A DNA stretch of 64,000 nucleotides from Candidatus Geothermocultor quzhuomuensis (GTDB lineage Bacteria > Actinomycetota > Aquicultoria > Geothermocultorales > Geothermocultoraceae), in NCBI GenBank assembly GCA_015711795.1, contig JACVJC010000007.1, positions 5,809-69,808 on the forward strand. Direction: 5' to 3'. The notes beneath the pieces were generated by a model. The model was not told the DNA's origin. It saw only the letters and a list, made by a program, of their open reading frames with translations, and did no database searches. This document shows, in pieces, positions 57,409-64,000 of this stretch. The position numbers and the translations under genes are program-made. How positions within the stretch are numbered: the first letter of the stretch is position 1; every line of letters starts with the position of its first letter.

Positions 57409-59354
57409 TGGGGGAGAAAAAGCAAAGTTTTCTTAAAAAAATAAATTCACCAAAAGATTTAAAAGCATTAACCTTTGAACAGCTAAATCAGCTAGCTAAT
57501 GAAATAAGGGAATTTTTAATTAAGGTTGTTTCTCAAACAGGGGGACATTTAGCACCTAATTTGGGAGTTGTTGAGCTGACAATTGCTCTTCACTACGCCC
57601 TAGAAAGTCCAAAAGATAAGATTATTTGGGATGTGGGCCACCAATCTTATGTTCATAAGATTATTACTGGTAGGAAAGATAAATTTTCCACTTTACGCCA
57701 GTATCAAGGGTTGTGTGGTTTTCCTAAAAAGTCTGAAAGCGAACATGATATTTTCGATTCGGGTCATGCTTCTAATTCTATTAGTGTTGCTCTTGGACTA
57801 GCGATTGCTCGCGATAAAAAAAAGACTAATGAAACAGTTGTTGCTGTGATCGGTGATGGTTCTTTAACTGGAGGGATGGCTTATGAGGCTCTTAATCAGG
57901 CAGGACATCTTAAAACAAACTTGATTGTTGTTTTGAACGATAATGCTATGTCAATTGCTAAAAATGTTGGAGCTATGTCATCTTATCTTTCAAGGATTAG
58001 AATCGATCCTACTTATAATAAATTAAGGGAGGAAATTGAAGAAAGGATTAAAAAGATTCCTGGTGTTGGTGAAAAAATTTATGCCTTAGGGGAACATGTT
58101 AAGGAAAGCATCAAGCATCTATTTGTTCCTGGGATGATCTTTGAAGAACTAGGTTTTAAATATATTGGCCCAATTGATGGTCATAACATCGAAGTAATTG
58201 CAACAGCTATTAGTTTAGCTAAGCAAGCAAAAGGACCGGTTTTAATTCATGTTCTAACTCAGAAAGGAAAGGGGTATCCCCCAGCTGAAAGCTATCCAGA
58301 TAAATTTCATGGTATTTCACCATTGGCTCAAGAAAATGGTGAGTTAGCGAAGAAGGAGCCGTTACCAACTTATACTGAGGTTTTTGGAAAAACTTTAATT
58401 GAGCTAGCTAAGAAGGAAGAAAAAATTATTGGAATTACAGCTGCAATGCCAGGTGGAACTGGAATTGATATTTTTGCACGCGAGTTTCCTGATCGCTTTT
58501 TTGATGTTGGAATTGCTGAGCAGCACGCTGTAACTTTTGCTGCGGGCTTAGCTTTAGGAGGCTTCATACCGGTTGTGGCTATTTATTCAACATTTTTGGA
58601 AAGAGCTTATGACCAAATTATTCAGGATATAGCGTTACAGGGACTCCATATAATCTTTGCCATTGACCGAGCAGGTTTAGTTGGAGAAGATGGCCCAACT
58701 CATCATGGTGCTTTTGACCTTTCTTATCTCCGGCATATTCCTGGTTTAGTAATTATGGCTCCTAAAGATGAAAATGAACTTCGTCATATGATTTATACTG
58801 CAACAAAGCTGAGTGGACCAGTTGCTATTCGATACCCCCGTGGCGCGGGTTTAGGTGTGCCCTTAGAGAAAAGTTTTTCTCTTTTAGAGATAGGAAAGTG
58901 GGAAAAATTAAGGGAGGGGAAGGAAGTTTGCTTGTTGGCAGTTGGGCGAATGGTTGAACTTGCTTTAAAAACTGGAGCTATTCTTGAGCAGAAAAAAATT
59001 TCTACTACCATAATTAATAGCCGTTTTGTTAAGCCACTTGATGAAGATACTATTTGCAAGGAGGCGTTAAGACACCAGCTTTTAGTGGGGATGGAAGAGA
59101 ATTCTCTTATTGGAGGTTTTTGCTCAGGAGTCCTTGATATTTTAAATTCCCGAAATATTAAAACGCCTTTTTTGCCAATTGGTTTACCTGATTCATTTGT
59201 CACTCATGGATCACTAAAAGACCTCTTTGAGGAATTAGGGCTAACTCCCGAAAAGGTTGCTCAGAAAATCGAGGATAAACTTTTCAGTCTTCATAACAAA
59301 AAAAGAGAAAGTTTCTTTTCTCGTTTTAAAGTGAGTAAAACTTTAAACCTATAA
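57405..59354 (+). CDS. dxs: 1-deoxy-D-xylulose-5-phosphate synthase
   Basis: WDVGHQ, IGDGS, IAEQH, DRAG..GEDGPTHHG. Confidence 0.97.
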   Translation: MMGEKKQSFLKKINSPKDLKALTFEQLNQLANEIREFLIKVVSQTGGHLAPNLGVVELTIALHYALESPKDKIIWDVGHQSYVHKIITGRKDKFSTLRQYQGLCGFPKKSESEHDIFDSGHASNSISVALGLAIARDKKKTNETVVAVIGDGSLTGGMAYEALNQAGHLKTNLIVVLNDNAMSIAKNVGAMSSYLSRIRIDPTYNKLREEIEERIKKIPGVGEKIYALGEHVKESIKHLFVPGMIFEELGFKYIGPIDGHNIEVIATAISLAKQAKGPVLIHVLTQKGKGYPPAESYPDKFHGISPLAQENGELAKKEPLPTYTEVFGKTLIELAKKEEKIIGITAAMPGGTGIDIFAREFPDRFFDVGIAEQHAVTFAAGLALGGFIPVVAIYSTFLERAYDQIIQDIALQGLHIIFAIDRAGLVGEDGPTHHGAFDLSYLRHIPGLVIMAPKDENELRHMIYTATKLSGPVAIRYPRGAGLGVPLEKSFSLLEIGKWEKLREGKEVCLLAVGRMVELALKTGAILEQKKISTTIINSRFVKPLDEDTICKEALRHQLLVGMEENSLIGGFCSGVLDILNSRNIKTPFLPIGLPDSFVTHGSLKDLFEELGLTPEKVAQKIEDKLFSLHNKKRESFFSRFKVSKTLNL

Positions 59355-59365
59355 TAGAGGAACCT

Positions 59366-60214
59366 TTGAAAAAGGAAAGAATTGACATAGTTTTAGTTAA
59401 GAAAGCTTTTTTTGAGACAAGAGAAAAAGCAAAAAGAGCGATTTTGGAAGGAAAAGTTTTAGTCGAGAGTCAAGTTGCGACTAAAGCTCGGATGCTTATA
59501 TCACCTGATTCTAAAATTGAAGTTAAACCTGATTTACCTTATGTATCGCGTGGTGGAATAAAGCTGGAGAAAGCTTTAAGAAAGTTTAAAGTTAAAGTTG
59601 AGGGTAAAACTTGCTTGGATGTTGGTTCTTCGACTGGTGGTTTTGTCGATTGCCTTCTCAAGTTTGGTGCTAAAAGAGTTATCGCTGTTGATGTGGGTTA
59701 TGGGCAACTTGCTTGGAGTTTAAGGAATGACCCAAGGGTTTTTCTTTTGGAGAGAACAAATGTTAGATATCTTGAACCATCAAAACTACCAGAAAGGGCT
59801 GATTTAGCCACTGTTGACCTTTCTTTTATTTCAGTAAGAAAAGTTTTTTCCAATTTAATAAGACTCTTAAAGAAAAAGGCAAGAATCATTATCTTAGTTA
59901 AACCACAATTTGAAGCCGGAAAAGAACAGGTGGGGAAAGGTGGAGTAGTTAAAGACCCACAAGTTCATGAAGAGGTGTTATATTCTCTCAGTCAATTTTT
60001 TTCTAGTCAGGGCTTTGGTGTGAATTTAACTTATTCACCAATTTGTGGGTCTGATGGAAATATTGAGTTTTTGATGATGTTGAGTCCTAAAAGAGAAAAA
60101 GGTGAATTTCCCAATCAAGATTTTATTAAAAATTTAGTTAAAGAAGCTCATCAAACTTTAAAGGGGAAGAAAAATGAAGAAAATTCTTGTCATTCCTCAT
60201 CTCGGAAAAGATGA
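59366..60214 (+). CDS. tlyA: TlyA family rRNA 2'-O-methyltransferase
   Basis: N-terminal S4-like domain, YVSRGG.KL, DVGSSTGGF, VKPQFE, GNIEF. Confidence 0.95.
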   Translation: MKKERIDIVLVKKAFFETREKAKRAILEGKVLVESQVATKARMLISPDSKIEVKPDLPYVSRGGIKLEKALRKFKVKVEGKTCLDVGSSTGGFVDCLLKFGAKRVIAVDVGYGQLAWSLRNDPRVFLLERTNVRYLEPSKLPERADLATVDLSFISVRKVFSNLIRLLKKKARIIILVKPQFEAGKEQVGKGGVVKDPQVHEEVLYSLSQFFSSQGFGVNLTYSPICGSDGNIEFLMMLSPKREKGEFPNQDFIKNLVKEAHQTLKGKKNEENSCHSSSRKR

Positions 60215-61031
60215 AGTAAAAAAAGCTTTGGAGAAATTGCTCGTTAAAAGTGAAAAAATGGGGTTTGAAATTCAACTTTTACCTAAAGATGCTTCGAATC
60301 TCAAAAAAGAGTCTTTAATTTGTTTAGAAGAGGATTTGAAAAAGCTTGACTTAGTTTTAGTTTTAGGAGGGGATGGAACAATCTTAAGAGCAGTTAGAAT
60401 TTTGGGAGGAATTGAGATTCCCATTTTAGGGATAAATTTTGGCAAAATTGGCTTTTTGTCCGGGGTTGACGAGTCTCAACTTTATTTAGCTCTGGAGAAG
60501 TTTCTCGCTTCAAATTTTCAAATTGAGAAAAGAATGACTCTAGCTTGCCAAATTTGTAAGGGCAGCAAAAAAGATATCTTTTATGCTTTAAATGAAGTAT
60601 TTATAGGTCGAGGACCAGGCGGGAGGTTAATTACTCTTGATTTAAAAATTAATGGTCATTTTTTCTATCGCTATCTTTGTGATGGACTCATTTTTGCAAC
60701 TCCAACTGGTTCAACTGCTTATTCTCTCTCCGCTGGTGGACCTCTTGTCTCACCAATCACTCGTTTAATTGTGATAACTCCTGTTTGTCCTCACTCCCTT
60801 TTTAACAGACCAATAATCCTTGGTGAAAACGAAACGGCAGAGGTTTCTTCTTCTCTTGATTTTCCCCAAGTTGGCATCACAATCGATGGCATGCCCCTTT
60901 CTTTAAAGGGCAGCTTTGATAGGATTATTATTTCTTCTTCTCCTTATACGGTAAACTTGGTTAAAATGGATGGACAAGATTTTTATTCTCTCATAAAGGA
61001 AAAGTTAATAAGTTTAGAGGAGAAGCCTTAA
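60174..61031 (+). CDS. nadK: NAD+ kinase
   Basis: GGDGT, LNE, TPTGSTAYSLSAGGP. Confidence 0.96.
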   Translation: MKKILVIPHLGKDEVKKALEKLLVKSEKMGFEIQLLPKDASNLKKESLICLEEDLKKLDLVLVLGGDGTILRAVRILGGIEIPILGINFGKIGFLSGVDESQLYLALEKFLASNFQIEKRMTLACQICKGSKKDIFYALNEVFIGRGPGGRLITLDLKINGHFFYRYLCDGLIFATPTGSTAYSLSAGGPLVSPITRLIVITPVCPHSLFNRPIILGENETAEVSSSLDFPQVGITIDGMPLSLKGSFDRIIISSSPYTVNLVKMDGQDFYSLIKEKLISLEEKP

Positions 61032-61038
61032 ACAAAAA

Positions 61039-62745
61039 ATGCTTAAGGAACTTTTTATTGAAGACTTGGCTCTTATTGAAAGAATATCTTTGGAGTTTAG
61101 TCCTGGCTTAAATATTTTTACTGGAGAAACTGGGGCAGGCAAAACTCTTATCATTGGAGGGCTTAATCTCCTTTTAGGTGAGAGAGGAGATACTAGTTTA
61201 ATTAGGGTCGGGGCAAAAACTTGTCGGGTTGAGGGGATTTTTTTCTTAACGCCACCTTTAAAAAATTTCTTTTCTCATCTTTTTGAAGAAGATTTAAGTG
61301 ACGAAATTTTTCTGGCTCGAACAATTTCACAAGATGGAAAAAGTCGTAGCTATCTTAATGGGCGACCCATTCCTTTAAATCTTTTGCATCAAATAGGGGA
61401 AAAGTTAGTTGACATTCATGGTCAGCACGAACATCAAGTAATTTTAAAAACTAGTTCTCACTTAGATTATCTGGATAGTTATGGGGGAAAAGAAATCGCT
61501 ACTTTAAAAAATCAATTTTTTTTAACTTTTCAGGAAACCAAGAAAATCCAAAAAGAACTTTTTAATCTAAAAGAGGCGGAAAAAAACCGAGAGCGAGAAG
61601 AAGAGCTGCTTAAATTTCAAATCGAGGATATAGAAAGAGCTCAACTTCAGGAGGGAGAGGAAGAAGAGCTTAAAAAAGAAAGAGATGTTTTAAGAAATTT
61701 AGAGAAAATTCATTTAGCTTTGGCAAAAGCAATTCAACTAATTAGTGAAGATGCATTTTCTTCACTGGAACAATTAAGGCAAGCAGAAAAGGAATTAAGC
61801 CCTATTGCCAATTACGACCAGAGAATTGAAGAATCATATTTAAAGTTAAAAGAGGTAATTTTTACTTGCCAAGAAATTTGCAGTTCATTTAGAGATTATA
61901 TTGAGAGATTGGAGTTTGACCCAAACCGACTTGAGGAATTAGAGTCGAGGCTAAATTTAATTGAACTTCTTAAGAAAAAATATGGTCAATCAATCCCCGA
62001 AATTTTAGCTTATTTAGATAAGATAAAAAGGGAGGTGGCTAGCTTCAAAGACTTTGTGGGAAAGATTGCTTTTCTTGAAGAAGAGTTAAAATCTAACGGG
62101 CAGAAATTGAAGAGGCTGGGCGAGGGGCTTTCTTTAAAGAGAAAAGAGGTAGCAAGGGATTTTGAAAGTAAAGTCGAAAGCGAATTAAAGCTCTTAGATA
62201 TGGGAAATACCCAATTTAAAGTATCCCTTTCACAAGAAAACTCTAATGGAGAGGGTATTTTTTTGCAAGATAAATTTTTTTCACCAACGGGAATTGATAA
62301 AATAGAGTTTTTAATCTCTCCAAATAAAGGGGAACCCTTAAAGCCGCTTTCTAAAATCGCTTCAGGAGGAGAAATTTCTCGAATTGTTTTAGCTTTGAAA
62401 ATTATTTTGGGAGAAGTGGACCAAATACCCACTTTAATCTTTGATGAAATCGATGTTGGGATTGGTGGAAAAACTGCTTCAATGGTAGGGCGTCTCTTAT
62501 CAAATCTTTGCCAAAATCACCAGGTCATTTGCGTAACTCATTTACCCCAAATTGCCTCCTTTGCCGATAGACACTTTTATATTTTTAAAGAGGAAGAGGT
62601 AAAAAGAACTAAGACAAAGGTTAAATTGTTAAATGAAGAAGAACGAGTTAAGGAGATAGCAAGAATGCTCAGCGGGGCAAAAATTCTAGAAACTTCATTA
62701 AAGCACGCGCGCCAGCTAATTCAAGTTGCCAAAAGGGCAAGTTGA
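61039..62745 (+). CDS. recN: DNA repair protein RecN
   Basis: TGETGAGK, IHGQH, ASGGEISR, FDEID, VTHLPQ. Confidence 0.97.
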   Translation: MLKELFIEDLALIERISLEFSPGLNIFTGETGAGKTLIIGGLNLLLGERGDTSLIRVGAKTCRVEGIFFLTPPLKNFFSHLFEEDLSDEIFLARTISQDGKSRSYLNGRPIPLNLLHQIGEKLVDIHGQHEHQVILKTSSHLDYLDSYGGKEIATLKNQFFLTFQETKKIQKELFNLKEAEKNREREEELLKFQIEDIERAQLQEGEEEELKKERDVLRNLEKIHLALAKAIQLISEDAFSSLEQLRQAEKELSPIANYDQRIEESYLKLKEVIFTCQEICSSFRDYIERLEFDPNRLEELESRLNLIELLKKKYGQSIPEILAYLDKIKREVASFKDFVGKIAFLEEELKSNGQKLKRLGEGLSLKRKEVARDFESKVESELKLLDMGNTQFKVSLSQENSNGEGIFLQDKFFSPTGIDKIEFLISPNKGEPLKPLSKIASGGEISRIVLALKIILGEVDQIPTLIFDEIDVGIGGKTASMVGRLLSNLCQNHQVICVTHLPQIASFADRHFYIFKEEEVKRTKTKVKLLNEEERVKEIARMLSGAKILETSLKHARQLIQVAKRAS

Positions 62746-62748
62746 GAA

Positions 62749-63465
62749 ATGCATGGGAAAGGAAATGAGTTTAAATCATCGCTTCTTGTTTTTTTTCTTG
62801 GCGTTTGCCTTATTTTTTTAACTTTTTTCACCTTTAATTTATTTATCAAAAAGAAAAAAGTTGTCAAAGAGGAAATCATCCAGCCCAGTGAATTACTTTC
62901 AGCCTTTTATTTTGCTCAAGTAGCTGGTGGAAACTTATATTTAGCTTATCCTGTTGATTTAAGTCAAGTTATCTTAGTTGGCTTACATGAAGCTGAAAAC
63001 CCTAAAACTCTTTCACTAATTCCTTTAGAAAAAGCACTTATTGAAACGACGGAGACCATCAGAAAGCTTATTAGGAAAAGGAAATCTCCCTTAGTTGCAA
63101 TTTTAAACACTCGAGATAGAAATCAAGTACCAACCTCTGCTGCTGATATTGGGGTAAAAAGAGGGACAAAAATTTTAAGTCCAGTTGATGGAAGAGTAAC
63201 AAAAGTTAAATTTTATTCCCTTTATGGCCGTATCCCTGATTATCATATTGAAATTGAGCCAAAAGAAAATCCTCATTTAAGAGTCGTCTTAATTCACTTG
63301 AAGGATATTGAAGTTAAAGAAGGTGATCTGGTTAAAAAACAAAAGACCATTATTGGAAAGGTTCGACCTTTGTCTGATAAAATAAATCCACAAATAAATA
63401 GATATATTCCTTTTCCTTGTGAGCATATCCATATTCAAGTAAATCCAGTGGAAGAAAGCAAATGA
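62749..63465 (+). CDS. Membrane-anchored M23/LytM-like protein with incomplete zinc motif
   Basis: Hydrophobic helix; DIG...GT...SPVDG.V, HL....V..GD.V, HIH; TSAAD in place of HxxxD. Confidence 0.75.
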   Translation: MHGKGNEFKSSLLVFFLGVCLIFLTFFTFNLFIKKKKVVKEEIIQPSELLSAFYFAQVAGGNLYLAYPVDLSQVILVGLHEAENPKTLSLIPLEKALIETTETIRKLIRKRKSPLVAILNTRDRNQVPTSAADIGVKRGTKILSPVDGRVTKVKFYSLYGRIPDYHIEIEPKENPHLRVVLIHLKDIEVKEGDLVKKQKTIIGKVRPLSDKINPQINRYIPFPCEHIHIQVNPVEESK

Positions 63466-63765
63466 GTAAACATAAACATAAAGAACCCAAGGCTAAAGAG
63501 CAAAGGAAGGAAATAAAAAATAAGAATTAGGATGAAGAAGTGTTTTTAGTTGCAAGTTGGAGATTACAAAAAGGTTCAGGAACTGCCCGCTTGCTGTTGG
63601 GCAGGTGTTCAGAATTAAGTCAATATTTACTAGACTTTAGCAACTATACACTATAACTTAAAACTTGAGACTTGCTACTTGAAACTACCTTTTAATTTTT
63701 GATTTTAAATGGCTATGGACTAAACTGAGTAGATTTAGAAATTGAAAGAATAAAAGGGTTAGAAA

Positions 63766-64000
63766 GTGGAGTATACAGGAAAAGTTAAGTTAGACAAAAG
63801 AACAAAAAATTTAGTAAAGAGATTGACACCATTTGATATTGCTCTGATTGACCACTTAGATTTAGATAGAGTTACAGCTGAATCACTTGTTGAAACTAAA
63901 GTCAAAGTAGTAATAAATGCTGATAGCTTTATTTCAGGCCGATACCCAAACCAAGGTCCTTTGATCTTATCTCAAAGAGGAATTCACTTAATAGATTCAG
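63766..64000 (+). CDS. steA: SteA-like cell division protein (3'-truncated; absent from ORF track)
   Basis: GTG start; LDKRTKNLVKRL...DIALIDHLDLDRVTAESL...VINA...ISGRYPNQGP; close to recN as in Actinobacteria. Confidence 0.85.
   Translation, partial: MEYTGKVKLDKRTKNLVKRLTPFDIALIDHLDLDRVTAESLVETKVKVVINADSFISGRYPNQGPLILSQRGIHLIDS

Noticed and set aside
2731..62432. Other short ORFs nested in or antisense to long genes (e.g. 2731-3057, 20920-21270, 32365-32604, 58793-59203, 62010-62432)
   Set aside because: Overlap well-supported genes and show no recognisable protein features

Overview
A low-GC (judged by eye, not computed) bacterial chromosomal segment in which every confidently called gene lies on the + strand. 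The housekeeping backbone is secD(5'-truncated)-secF-rel-dtd-hisS-aspS-6S RNA-rarA-alaS-ruvX-mltG-yqeG-aroE ... aroC-aroK-aroB-aroQ-pepQ-efp-pycB::accB-accC-asp23-nusB-xseB-ispA-dxs-tlyA-nadK-recN-M23-steA(3'-truncated). This order suggests a monoderm, possibly a deep-branching Actinomycetota (inference). The most notable element is an ~18 kb type IV pilus locus (26272-44559) between aroE and aroC. Two paralogous PilB ATPases with different N-terminal MshEN/GSPII regions sandwich a roadblock (MglB/CvnB-like), a PATAN/DUF4388-wHTH protein and a small GTPase (MglA/CvnD-like). This is a conservon-like G-protein switch with no sensor kinase, placed inside the pilus motor cluster. Downstream are pilT, pilC, a major pilin with a sigma28-like promoter, a near-identical pilin copy lacking a Shine-Dalgarno, pilD, very large modular minor pilins and pilMNO plus a PilP-position gene, with no secretin. 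A Wzy_C-TPR candidate glycosyltransferase lies nearby. Other items: a PIN-Phd toxin-antitoxin pair with a leaderless promoter, operator palindrome and degenerate attC-like site; a 6S RNA hidden under ORF calls; a 982-aa triple-repeat lipoprotein; an in-frame AccB with its own SD nested in a carboxyltransferase gene; and 7-nt-periodic inverted-repeat elements in most intergenic gaps. Product calls come from motif recognition only; no database search was run.
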